Virus record (IMG/VR): IMGVR_UViG_3300021959_000353
Coordinates: 1 to 25,255 of that record
Length of the DNA stretch: 25,255 nt
Source of the DNA: a virus
Taxonomy: Duplodnaviria; Caudoviricetes
Reading direction: 5' to 3' (one strand)
The notes beneath the pieces are model-generated. The model was not told the DNA's origin, did no database searches, and worked only from the letters and a program-made list of their open reading frames with translations. Below, piece by piece: positions 8,175 through 17,193 of the stretch. Every line of letters begins with the position of its first letter. Position 1 is the first letter of the stretch. The position numbers and the translations under genes were made by a program.

Positions 8175-8212
8175 AGAGTAGGCTGCTTAACTGTGGCCTA
8201 CTCTTTTTCTTA
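8175..8212 (+). terminator. Rho-independent terminator after the capsid gene
   Basis: Stem AGAGTAGGCTGC(8175-86)/GTGGCCTACTCT(8193-8204) with two G-U pairs, loop TTAACT, followed by TTTTCTT. Confidence 0.85.
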
Positions 8213-8239
8213 GTCTTGCATTGAAAAAGGATACCTCTT

Positions 8240-8677
8240 ATGGCAATCACTACAGCAATGTGCAGCAGTTTCAAGCAAGAGTTGCTTGGAGGTGTTCACG
8301 ATCTTGATACGGACACTTTGAAAATAGCTTTAATCAAAGCCAGTCCGTCAGGCACTTACGATGCCACAACTACTAACTACTCTGACGTTACAGGTAACTC
8401 TGATGAAGCTTCTGGTACTGGTTATAGTGCTGGCGGTGGAACTTTAGATTCACCTGCTATCTCACTTTCTGGAACTACAGCTTTTGTTGACTTTGCTGAT
8501 GAAGCTTTCAGCAACGTAACAGTTTCTGCAGATGGTTGTATTATTTACAACTCTTCTCAGTCAAACAAAGCTATTGCAGTATTTGACTTTGGTGGTACTG
8601 TTAGTGCAACCTCTGGTACACTCACTGTACAGTTCCCAACAGCCGATGCTACAAACGCTGTTATTCGTCTTACCTAA
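8240..8677 (+). CDS. Virion structural protein (145 aa, beta-rich; fibre base or decoration candidate)
   Basis: MAITTAMCSSFKQELL...LKIAL...GTGYSAGG...VFDFGG pattern of small structural proteins that follow capsid genes. SD AAGGA upstream. Confidence 0.7.
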   Translation: MAITTAMCSSFKQELLGGVHDLDTDTLKIALIKASPSGTYDATTTNYSDVTGNSDEASGTGYSAGGGTLDSPAISLSGTTAFVDFADEAFSNVTVSADGCIIYNSSQSNKAIAVFDFGGTVSATSGTLTVQFPTADATNAVIRLT

Positions 8678-8693
8678 ATAGTTAGGGCTACTT

Positions 8694-9398
8694 ATGGCAA
8701 AGTTTGCTGACCGTGTAAAAGTAAGCACAAGCACTACTGGAACAGGTACAATCACTCTAGGATCTGCGGAGACTGGTTTTGTGGTTGTACCTTCTTCTTT
8801 AGATGGAGAGACTCTAAGATATGTAATCGAAGATGGGGGATCTCCTGCAACTGCTTTCGAGATTGGGACTGGAGTTTTTACCAACTCTGGAAGCACTCTC
8901 ACACGGTCACTTACTTCCTCTTCTACAGGAAGTCTACTTAACTTATCTGGTAGCGCAAAAGTATTTATATCGCCTACTGCAGATGATTTACAGTTTGTTC
9001 AAGTTTATAGTTCTACTAGTGATCTACCATCAGCTTCAAGTAATCACGGTAGAATAACTCACGTACACGGCGATGGTGCAATGTACTTTGCACACGCTGG
9101 TAGTTGGGTCAGATTACAAAACTACGACTCAAATCTTCAATCCTTTGTGGACACATTTACACTACCTACATCTGATGGTACTGCAGATCAGGTTTTAAAA
9201 ACTAATGGCAGCGGAACTCTTCAATTCGGCACAATAACTTCTTCTGCGGGGTTTAGCGCAGTAAACGTGGCCTCCCGCACTTTAACCACTGACACCACAG
9301 TAGGAGCCACAGAAAGCGCTCTAACAGTTGGGCCGCTTACTATTGCCAGCGGCGTAACTTTAACTATTGCGGCTGGGGGAAGGCACGTAATCCTATGA
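8694..9398 (+). CDS. Fibre stalk/adaptor protein (234 aa)
   Basis: N-terminal [18 protein letters not shown], His-rich [29 protein letters not shown], fibre repeat [18 protein letters not shown], and C-terminal [22 protein letters not shown]. Confidence 0.7.
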   Translation: MAKFADRVKVSTSTTGTGTITLGSAETGFVVVPSSLDGETLRYVIEDGGSPATAFEIGTGVFTNSGSTLTRSLTSSSTGSLLNLSGSAKVFISPTADDLQFVQVYSSTSDLPSASSNHGRITHVHGDGAMYFAHAGSWVRLQNYDSNLQSFVDTFTLPTSDGTADQVLKTNGSGTLQFGTITSSAGFSAVNVASRTLTTDTTVGATESALTVGPLTIASGVTLTIAAGGRHVIL

Positions 9399-10549
9399 CC
9401 GAAATTCGTGTAGATACAATCGTTGATGCCGCTGGAACAGGCGCACCCAACTTCACTACCGCCCCAACCGTGGGTGGTGTTGCTCTAGGCAGTATAGGTA
9501 CTTCCAGTTTTACGAGTAGTGGTACTGAGCCATCAAGCCCTAGTGATGGTGCAGTTTGGTGGGATACTACAAACAGCGAATTAATGATCTATGCAAACAG
9601 TGAGTGGCAAACGGTTACTTTGGGAGCTTCACCACCCGCTTTACCTTCGCATTACGGCGATAGGGGAATACAGGGGCCGGGATATAGCGCAGTTGAGTAT
9701 TCAAGTACTAGCAATTATGGTAATACCATTGATTATTGGGATTTTACCACCCTTGGTAATGCTTCTGACTTTGGAGATGATGCACATTATATCTCGTCTA
9801 GTTCTTGTACGGCGGGATCTGGTCGAGGATTTATTATCTCTGGAAATATACAAGGTACTTTGACTCCGAATATTCGGACAATTCTTACTGCCACTTTAGG
9901 TAATTCAAGTCAGTATGGTGATATAGGAGTAGCTAAACAAGACACTTGTGCAGACAATGATGCAGACCGAATGTTTGTTTCTGGATTTACAAGCACCGAT
10001 AACCGTATTGAGTATAAAAGTATAGAATCCTCTGCAAACACTGCTGATTTTGGAGACATTACAGACAACGATTATCAAGCAATGGGAGTGGCTAGTGATG
10101 GCACTAGAGGCTTCTTTATGGGCGGGAACGGCAATAACGGCCTGACTGACCGAATTTGTTCTATTGTAATACAAACAACGGGTAACGCTACTGATTGGGG
10201 TGATCTTGCACTCGCTTGTATGAACACAAAAGCCTGTGGTAACGATACTAGGGTTTTGCATTGTAGGGGCAGAAAGCAAGGTTTTGTTGAATTTTCTGAA
10301 ATATATTATTTCGACACATCTTCTGCAGGTAACGCATCTAGCTTTGGGGATATGGGTGATGACACTTGGTTGGGTGGGATGTCGTGTAATGAAACTAGAG
10401 CCTGTTATTCTGGTGGTACTGCGAATTATCCTAATAAAAGAGATGAGATTACGTATGTCACAATAGACACTCTTGGTAACGGAACCGATTTTGGGGATCT
10501 AACCAAAGAACGGGGTAATACTGATTCAATGTCGGGGGCCGCTGCGTAA
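9395..10549 (+). CDS. Kelch-like six-repeat beta-propeller fibre/adhesin protein, paralog 1
   Basis: N-terminal MTEIRVDTI and [15 protein letters not shown] module, Pro-rich linker, then six ~47-aa repeats ending in GNAxDFGD-like motifs. ATGA overlap with the upstream gene. Confidence 0.75.
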   Translation: MTEIRVDTIVDAAGTGAPNFTTAPTVGGVALGSIGTSSFTSSGTEPSSPSDGAVWWDTTNSELMIYANSEWQTVTLGASPPALPSHYGDRGIQGPGYSAVEYSSTSNYGNTIDYWDFTTLGNASDFGDDAHYISSSSCTAGSGRGFIISGNIQGTLTPNIRTILTATLGNSSQYGDIGVAKQDTCADNDADRMFVSGFTSTDNRIEYKSIESSANTADFGDITDNDYQAMGVASDGTRGFFMGGNGNNGLTDRICSIVIQTTGNATDWGDLALACMNTKACGNDTRVLHCRGRKQGFVEFSEIYYFDTSSAGNASSFGDMGDDTWLGGMSCNETRACYSGGTANYPNKRDEITYVTIDTLGNGTDFGDLTKERGNTDSMSGAAA

Positions 10550-11703
10550 TGTCTGATATTACAGTAGATAAAATTAACAATTTAGCTGGCACAGGTGCTG
10601 CTAATTTCACCTACGGAATTAAGGTTGGAGGAAGTTTGCAAGGCCTTGGTGGCGGCGCATTTACTAATAGTGACACTGAACCCACTAGCCCCAGCGATGG
10701 TGATGTTTGGTATCAACCAACGCTTAGGTATTTAGACTATCGGGCTGGGGGTGAGTGGAAGCGAGTTGTTGGCAGTGGAACGGCAAATCCACTTCCTCCT
10801 GTCTGGTTTGGTGATAGAGCATTGTTTACGTTAGGTTTTGTAAGCGCTGGCCGAGACAATAGAATACAGTACTACGACTTAGATGTTGGAGCGACTGTTA
10901 ACACTTTCGGTAATTTATTAGCAGATTCTGCATATGTTACTGGTGCTTCTGGTGGGGGTCGAGGTCTATTTGCGGGCGCAGCGACAAGCTCAGGGGTCGT
11001 TAATACAATACAATACATCACAATAGCCTCGACTGGAAACTCTACTGACTTTGGTGATCTGACAGAGGTTTCTTATACCATTGCTTCAGCATCTAATGGC
11101 AACAAAGCTATTTATGCTATGAATGATAATAACAAAACGAGTTTAATCCAAGAAGTCACCATAGATACCGCTGGCAACGCCACCGCTTGGTCTGGCACTT
11201 TAACTCAGGCCAAAAGTAATGGTTGCGGTGCTTCTGATGGTACTAAGGGTTTCTTCTTTGGTGGGAGAACGGCTTCTAGTTCTACTGCTATTAATGAAAT
11301 AGATTACGTGACTATTGCTACGGATGGTAATGCCTCAGACTGGGGAAATCTTGCTACGGCAAGAAAAGATACGGGCGGCAACTCCGCTTGTGGAACCAGT
11401 AGCCGTATACTTATTGGTGGGGGAACTAATTCATCAGGAAATTATACTGCAACTATTGATTATATAAATCCAGCAAGTGCTGGTAATGCGTCTAGTTTTG
11501 GTAATTTAGCAAACGCTCTTTGGTATACTGGCTCTACGAACAACGATACACACGCAATTTGGGTTCAAGGCCTAAATGCTTCAGTTCAATTCCAAAATTA
11601 CGCTCATAGAGTTACAATAGATACTACTGGAAATGCCTCACTTTGGGGTACTACCGCTGAGGCGGGGTACGGCATAGGTGCTACATCAGGAGCGCATTCA
11701 TAA
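10549..11703 (+). CDS. Kelch-like six-repeat beta-propeller fibre/adhesin protein, paralog 2
   Basis: MSDITVDKI and TEPTSPSDGDVWY module, PLPP linker, six hhhGG...I(D/Q)Y.TI...GN...FG(D/N)L repeats. TAATG coupling. Confidence 0.75.
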   Translation: MSDITVDKINNLAGTGAANFTYGIKVGGSLQGLGGGAFTNSDTEPTSPSDGDVWYQPTLRYLDYRAGGEWKRVVGSGTANPLPPVWFGDRALFTLGFVSAGRDNRIQYYDLDVGATVNTFGNLLADSAYVTGASGGGRGLFAGAATSSGVVNTIQYITIASTGNSTDFGDLTEVSYTIASASNGNKAIYAMNDNNKTSLIQEVTIDTAGNATAWSGTLTQAKSNGCGASDGTKGFFFGGRTASSSTAINEIDYVTIATDGNASDWGNLATARKDTGGNSACGTSSRILIGGGTNSSGNYTATIDYINPASAGNASSFGNLANALWYTGSTNNDTHAIWVQGLNASVQFQNYAHRVTIDTTGNASLWGTTAEAGYGIGATSGAHS

Positions 11704-12818
11704 TGAGTACATTAAAAGTAAACACCATTAAAGATAACGGCACAGCGATTGACCTTGAAAATGGTATCTTAGTCGGTGGTACCTCACCTACACAAAATTA
11801 CACTGCCAGTGGAACTGAGCCTAGTAGCGGGAATGCAAACGGCGACTATTGGTGGGATACTGGCAATGAAAAACTTTATCAGTATTTTAATGGTGAATTT
11901 CGAGCGATTACTACAGTACCCCCGCCACCACCACTGTCGCATATTGGCGATAGGATGCTTGTAGCGGGTGGTAACGGTCCCACATCTGCAATTCGTTACA
12001 TAGATTTAACTGGTTCTGGTGGCTCAACCTCATTTGGATCTTTAACAAGTGCTAGAAATGGAGTCTCAGGCTCATCAAGTGGTAGTCGAGGGATATTTGC
12101 AGGGGGTATAATAAGCAATTACATTAACAACATCGATTATGTTACAATCTCTACGCCGGGAAATTCTACCGATTTTGGCGATCTGACAAGTATTCAAACG
12201 GTTTCTTCTGCATCTGATGGCACTACCACAATCTTTGCAATGTGGGATGGTGCTACTACATATAACGGCTGGATTTCAGAAATTACAATAGCAACTACTG
12301 GAAACGCTAGTGTTAGGAGCGGCCTCCTAACTCAGACTAGGAGTAATGCTTGCGGTGCTTCTGACGGCACTAAAGGTTTCTTTTTTGGCGGGTACGCCTC
12401 TAGCGGTCGTGTAAATACTATAGATTATGTAACTATTGCCACAGCTTCTAGTGCAATTGACTGGGGGGATCTTACTTCAGTTAGGTATCAACAAGGACAA
12501 AATTCGGCTTGTGGAAATAGTAGTCGTGTTCTTCACGCTGGTGGTAATGATGGAATTACTTATACCAATACTATCGAATACATTAATCCCGCTAGTGCTG
12601 GAAACGCCACTGACTTTGGTGATCTGCTTGCAGGAATGAGGTTTAGCAGTTCTGCTTGTAACAGTACTAAAGCTTGTTGGGTTGCTGGGAAATCAACAAC
12701 GGCGTATTTGAACACTCAACAAATAGTCACCATAGATACCACTGGGAATGCCACATCTTTTGGAACTTACAATGCTACGTTGCAGAGTCTGGGGGCTTGT
12801 TCGGGGTTCCCTTCGTAA
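11703..12818 (+). CDS. Kelch-like six-repeat beta-propeller fibre/adhesin protein, paralog 3
   Basis: MSTLKVNTI and TEPSSGNANGDYWWDT module, PPPPP linker, six repeats starting RMLVAGG, RGIFAGG, TTIFAMW, KGFFFGG, RVLHAGG and KACWVAG. TAATG coupling. Confidence 0.75.
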   Translation: MSTLKVNTIKDNGTAIDLENGILVGGTSPTQNYTASGTEPSSGNANGDYWWDTGNEKLYQYFNGEFRAITTVPPPPPLSHIGDRMLVAGGNGPTSAIRYIDLTGSGGSTSFGSLTSARNGVSGSSSGSRGIFAGGIISNYINNIDYVTISTPGNSTDFGDLTSIQTVSSASDGTTTIFAMWDGATTYNGWISEITIATTGNASVRSGLLTQTRSNACGASDGTKGFFFGGYASSGRVNTIDYVTIATASSAIDWGDLTSVRYQQGQNSACGNSSRVLHAGGNDGITYTNTIEYINPASAGNATDFGDLLAGMRFSSSACNSTKACWVAGKSTTAYLNTQQIVTIDTTGNATSFGTYNATLQSLGACSGFPS

Positions 12819-12848
12819 TTACTAGACTAAAAACTTCAAGGAAAACAA

Positions 12849-13679
12849 ATGACAAATATAGTTACAAAACCAATCACGTTTTCTTTGCCCGTTGAGGCAT
12901 CTGAAAATATTAATCAGGTAGCTGCAGCTAGGGTTGCTGAAAAACTACCAGAAATAGATCAGGCAACACGAGCCTTTGATCGTCAGAACTCTCAAACAAC
13001 ACTGAGTTTAATGACCCTGACTATGCTTAACGGGCACTCGCCAATGCGAATGCTTCGACAAGTTGCTGCAGAGGTTGAAACTCGTAAAATGGCTCTGAAT
13101 GAAGCGCAAGTCAGTCACGCTGAGTGCCGTGAAGAAATTCTAGAATTAGAGGGCCAAGACGATATCGTGTCAGAGGCCAAGTTGCGAATGAAGCGCCATT
13201 CTTTAATGACGTTAGAGCATAAAATTAATGGTTCCATCAAAGACATTGCTACGCTGTGTGACGCCTACGATAATCTGAAAGAAAAGCACGGTATTGATGA
13301 ATGGGATGAGCTTTCTTTTGAGGCTGAAGAGAAGCGGCATCACGTAAGGCGTGGCTTTGAGCTTATGTACCGAAATTTGTTGAATGGGGGTCGAGCATCA
13401 ACTTCAACGATTGAATATATGCAGCAATATGGAGTGCATCCGCAGATCGGTTTTACTGAGGTAAGCGGGTATGTACAGGTGTGTGGTCAACGCATTGCAC
13501 AAGGCGAATTGTTACACTCAAACGATCTTGAAGATTTCTTGGATGCAATGGCTGAAAAGTATCACAAAAATGTAGATGCTACTGCCGAAAGAATTTTTGG
13601 AAAAGCTGATTTTGTGAATCCAGAGTATATGCTGCAGCTCGAAAAGCCAAAAGGGGATGAAGATGTTTCTGAAGTATAA
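12849..13679 (+). CDS. Alpha-helical/coiled-coil protein of unknown function (276 aa)
   Basis: SD AAGGAA. Heptad-like charged segments (RMLRQVAAEVETRKMALNEAQ; EAKLRMKRHSLMTLEHKINGSIKDIATL). Follows the propeller genes. Confidence 0.8.
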   Translation: MTNIVTKPITFSLPVEASENINQVAAARVAEKLPEIDQATRAFDRQNSQTTLSLMTLTMLNGHSPMRMLRQVAAEVETRKMALNEAQVSHAECREEILELEGQDDIVSEAKLRMKRHSLMTLEHKINGSIKDIATLCDAYDNLKEKHGIDEWDELSFEAEEKRHHVRRGFELMYRNLLNGGRASTSTIEYMQQYGVHPQIGFTEVSGYVQVCGQRIAQGELLHSNDLEDFLDAMAEKYHKNVDATAERIFGKADFVNPEYMLQLEKPKGDEDVSEV

Positions 13680-13983
13680 ATTACATAGAACTCATATGGG
13701 AAACACAACACCACCGTGGGTCGAAAATCCGGGTCACTTTTTTGATCCAGACAATAAAACTTACATTGGTTACACGCCTGATGAAGCTGATCGAGCGTAT
13801 TGGGTTCCTGATACCGTTACAAACTATACGCAGTCAGAACTGGTTACTTACGTTCTCGATCTGCATTCTCGCTACCCAATTTTAGAATTAAGTGAAGATA
13901 ACCCCTCAGAAACACCAAGTGCTATGACGAATGATGAAGTAACAGCATTTGTGAACGCTTGGGCGACTGCAGTAAGTTCTTAA
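13663..13983 (+). CDS. Hypothetical protein (106 aa), possible fibre assembly factor
   Basis: ATG 13663 is better spaced from SD AAGGGG (13651-56) than ATG 13657. It overlaps the upstream gene. Aromatic/Pro motifs PPWVENPGHFFDP and YWVPDT. Confidence 0.7.
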   Translation: MFLKYKLHRTHMGNTTPPWVENPGHFFDPDNKTYIGYTPDEADRAYWVPDTVTNYTQSELVTYVLDLHSRYPILELSEDNPSETPSAMTNDEVTAFVNAWATAVSS

Positions 13984-13994
13984 AAGGAACGTAA

Positions 13995-16900
13995 ATGCTA
14001 GGCTTTAGCCCCCTATCATCAACAACTCTTGCAGACGATGGACTCTTAATAGTTTCATCGTCTATTAGTTTGTCAGGGGTAAACAGTCAAGGTTCTACAG
14101 GTAGTTTAAATCTTACTGTAGTAGACAGTAAAACTTTAACATCTGTTTCTAGTGTAACTGCAGTAGGTTCTGTTTCAACATCTGTAGTAGATACTGAGTC
14201 ATTAGTGTCTGTATCTAGTTCCACTGCGTTAGGAACTTTATCTTTAACTGTAACGGATTCAGAGACTCTTTCCTCTGTTTCCTCCTCTTCTCAGATCAAC
14301 TCTTTAGGAGTACAATCAGAAGATGCGCAGTTAGTAACATCTGTATCTACATCCTCTCAAGTTGGGAATATAGTTACTAATATAATAATCCCACTCTCTT
14401 CAGTAAATACAACAAGTCAAGTTTCATCACCACAAGGAACTAGTGAAGACCAACAACTTCTAAACTCAGTTTCCTCAATCTCACAAATAGGAACTGTCTC
14501 CACAAGTACTTCAGAGCAAGATGTTCTAAGCGGTGTTTCTTCTGGTTCTAGCATTAATAATATATCTGTAACAGTCACTGACTTACAGGTACTAACTTCT
14601 GCATTTTCTTCAGTACAAGTTAACTCTGTTATACCAAACAGCGGCATAGATTTAACTGGAGACTCTTCTTCAGTTGTTGTAAATTCAGTTAACTCAAATG
14701 CGACATCTAACGAAACCCTTTCAACACTAAACTCAACTACACAAGTAGGCTCAATTCAAATTGGCCCTTCAGAACACCTAGTAGCAGTTTCAGTAACTTT
14801 AAGTGTTTCTTCTTTAACATTATCTGCTAGTTCAAATAAAACTGTTGAAGATGTAAACTCTGCCCTTATTTCGGGAAATATAGGCGGTTCAATTAGTGTT
14901 GAGCTATCCTCAGACTCAAGTGTTTCTGAAATAGGGGTTGTTACTAAAACAGCCTCTAGTAACCCAACATTAGTTAAAGTTACTTCACAAACATTTGTTG
15001 ATATATCCGCATCAGGTACTGCCAACACAGACTTATCAACAGTATCTTCATCTACTCAAATACCAAACAGTTTAGATACAGAAGTTGTTAATATTGCTTC
15101 TACAGTAGGTGTTAATACTACCTCTGAAGTAAATAATGTTTCTGGTATCGAAACTATAAACGCTGATGTTCTCTTAGATACTACACCTAATTTATACTAT
15201 TCTGGTGATACTTCTGGTGGAGTTAATTATACAAGATCTACACAGATTCAGAGTTCTTCTATTGGAGTCGAACTTTATTTTAAACTAGATTCTAATTATA
15301 CTACTGGTACAACTTGGATATTTGATTCACAAGGTTCTAAGTCAGGTTGGACTAGTCAGAGAATCTACGCTTACCTAAACGGAAACTCTATTAGCTCTCA
15401 CGTTAAGTTAGGTAACCAGTTACTTAGGACAGCGACTAGTTCGTTTACTATTAGCCCGTCTGGTGGTATATCTGTAGACACTTGGTACAGATTACACGTA
15501 TATCAGAGTGGTCAGCGTCACTACATAACCTTGTATGATGACTCTAATAGTCTTGTACACTATCAAAGTCAATTACTTACGATAAGCTATGGGCCTTACA
15601 CTTCAAGCTCCTATCAATTTTTCTTAGATGATTTTACTGTAGGCGGTTATGCTGGAAACACTTTCCAAGGCTTAATAAATAACTTTAACATAAACGCTCC
15701 TTCAAATTTCAATAGGAGTTTAGTCCTCAATCAAAGGACTACCCCTACTTGGGCAGCTACTGGCGGTTTCACAAATGACGCAACAGCAGCTGATACACTT
15801 GTTTTTGATAGCCCTTTTCAAGCACCTCACAAAGTAAATTCTGGTGTAGCTGTTTCACCATTATCTTTTTTCGTAGACTCTTCTGTTACTCTTGACTCGG
15901 CTACCTTTACAGGTCAAGTTGGTAATATTGACAGTTTCAACGTAAATTCTAGTATAGATCTTATTAGTGTTACTACTAGTTCAGATTTACAAACTGTAAC
16001 TCAAGTTCACTCAAGTAACCCTACAATCATCTCAGTACCTGTACAAACAGATATTGAAGATGTTGATAAAATTTCTACAGTATTTCTTCCAACATCTTTA
16101 CTAGGGGTTTCTCTAGGAGCGGTTGTTGAAAATTTAAGTTTAACTTTAAGTAGTTCATCTTCTAACATAGTTACAGATGATCTTTCAGTTAGCTCCTCTG
16201 TAAGTATTAATAGTGTATCATCTCAAGCCTCTATACAAGGTATTTCTAAACTTGTAATAGTTGATTTAAATGATGTTTCTTCAAGTGTAGGTATTAACGA
16301 CTTAAAAGAAAACTTATCTCTAACTTTATCAACAGTTACATCTACATTACAAACCCCTAGTTTAATAATTGATATTGATGAAATTATACCACCCTCACTG
16401 TCGGTATCTTCTCAAGTATCTGTAGGTCAAGTTAATACTGGTGTTGGATCACCCTTATCTAGCATAAGCACTAGTTTAGATATTAACCCCGTTGTACTAG
16501 GGGTATTACTTGAAAAAGTTGAATCTGAAGTTACTCTTACACCAATATCAATCGGTGTACCCCTTACTGGTGTAAGCTCTAGTTCAGAGATTAATACACT
16601 TGAATCATTAGTTAGCACACTAATTAACGGTGTATCAAGCCCAGCAAGTGTTAACTCTCTTGCTGCAACTAATAACAGTATCATAAGTATTAGCTCTGTA
16701 TCTACTGCTTCACAAGTTGCTCCTACACTTGATGTAAACTCTATTGCTATCATTACAGGTGTAAGTTCTGCTACAGCCTTTAATATTGATTCAGCTTTTA
16801 CAGGTCAAGCAAGTCCTTCTGGAGTTTCCTCTTTACTTGAAGTTGGTGCAGTAATTGTAAATATTACAAAAGTACTTTCTTCTGCAAGCTCTTCTTTCAA

Positions 16901-17072
16901 TGCATCTGATGAAGTAAAGGGTGTAATAAACGCATCTGTACAACTAAGTACCTTACCGTTAGTTACTGTGGGTAGAGGTTCTATAACACTGTCTACAGAT
17001 GGATTTAACTTTGAAGAGTTTAAGAATGCTTATGACAGAGCAAGAACTGTTTATATTTCGAGGGCTGCTTAA
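13995..17072 (+). CDS. 1025-aa Ser/Val/Thr-rich repetitive fibre protein with an inserted LamG/concanavalin-like domain
   Basis: SD AAGGAA and N-terminus MLGFSPLSSTTLADDG. Many ~21-25-aa LxSVSSxxxVGxV repeats. An aromatic-rich globular insert at ~15180-15820 has TWYRLHV and FQGLINNFNI. Confidence 0.75.
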   Translation: MLGFSPLSSTTLADDGLLIVSSSISLSGVNSQGSTGSLNLTVVDSKTLTSVSSVTAVGSVSTSVVDTESLVSVSSSTALGTLSLTVTDSETLSSVSSSSQINSLGVQSEDAQLVTSVSTSSQVGNIVTNIIIPLSSVNTTSQVSSPQGTSEDQQLLNSVSSISQIGTVSTSTSEQDVLSGVSSGSSINNISVTVTDLQVLTSAFSSVQVNSVIPNSGIDLTGDSSSVVVNSVNSNATSNETLSTLNSTTQVGSIQIGPSEHLVAVSVTLSVSSLTLSASSNKTVEDVNSALISGNIGGSISVELSSDSSVSEIGVVTKTASSNPTLVKVTSQTFVDISASGTANTDLSTVSSSTQIPNSLDTEVVNIASTVGVNTTSEVNNVSGIETINADVLLDTTPNLYYSGDTSGGVNYTRSTQIQSSSIGVELYFKLDSNYTTGTTWIFDSQGSKSGWTSQRIYAYLNGNSISSHVKLGNQLLRTATSSFTISPSGGISVDTWYRLHVYQSGQRHYITLYDDSNSLVHYQSQLLTISYGPYTSSSYQFFLDDFTVGGYAGNTFQGLINNFNINAPSNFNRSLVLNQRTTPTWAATGGFTNDATAADTLVFDSPFQAPHKVNSGVAVSPLSFFVDSSVTLDSATFTGQVGNIDSFNVNSSIDLISVTTSSDLQTVTQVHSSNPTIISVPVQTDIEDVDKISTVFLPTSLLGVSLGAVVENLSLTLSSSSSNIVTDDLSVSSSVSINSVSSQASIQGISKLVIVDLNDVSSSVGINDLKENLSLTLSTVTSTLQTPSLIIDIDEIIPPSLSVSSQVSVGQVNTGVGSPLSSISTSLDINPVVLGVLLEKVESEVTLTPISIGVPLTGVSSSSEINTLESLVSTLINGVSSPASVNSLAATNNSIISISSVSTASQVAPTLDVNSIAIITGVSSATAFNIDSAFTGQASPSGVSSLLEVGAVIVNITKVLSSASSSFNASDEVKGVINASVQLSTLPLVTVGRGSITLSTDGFNFEEFKNAYDRARTVYISRAA

Positions 17073-17182
17073 TGTCAAGTACATCTGATGAAAGAACTGT
17101 TGTTATAGTAGAAGAACTTAGAACAGTATTCGTAGAAAAAGATGATACACCTTTTGATAGGTATATCTACATTACTAAGTAA
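17072..17182 (+). CDS. 36-aa micro-protein missing from the ORF track
   Basis: TAATG overlap with the 1025-aa gene. Translates MSSTSDERTVVIVEELRTVFVEKDDTPFDRYIYITK*, and fills the gap up to the SD of the next gene. Confidence 0.7.
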   Translation: MSSTSDERTVVIVEELRTVFVEKDDTPFDRYIYITK

Positions 17183-17193
17183 AGGATCATAAA

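Noticed and set aside
8130-8240. T7 gp10B-like capsid frameshift extension
   Set aside because: No slippery sequence near the stop, and a strong terminator follows.
9395-12818. Diversity-generating retroelement or invertible shufflon acting on the three paralogs
   Set aside because: No reverse transcriptase, recombinase, inverted copies or adenine-specific template/variable repeat pair in the window. Differences in the shared block are synonymous third-position changes.
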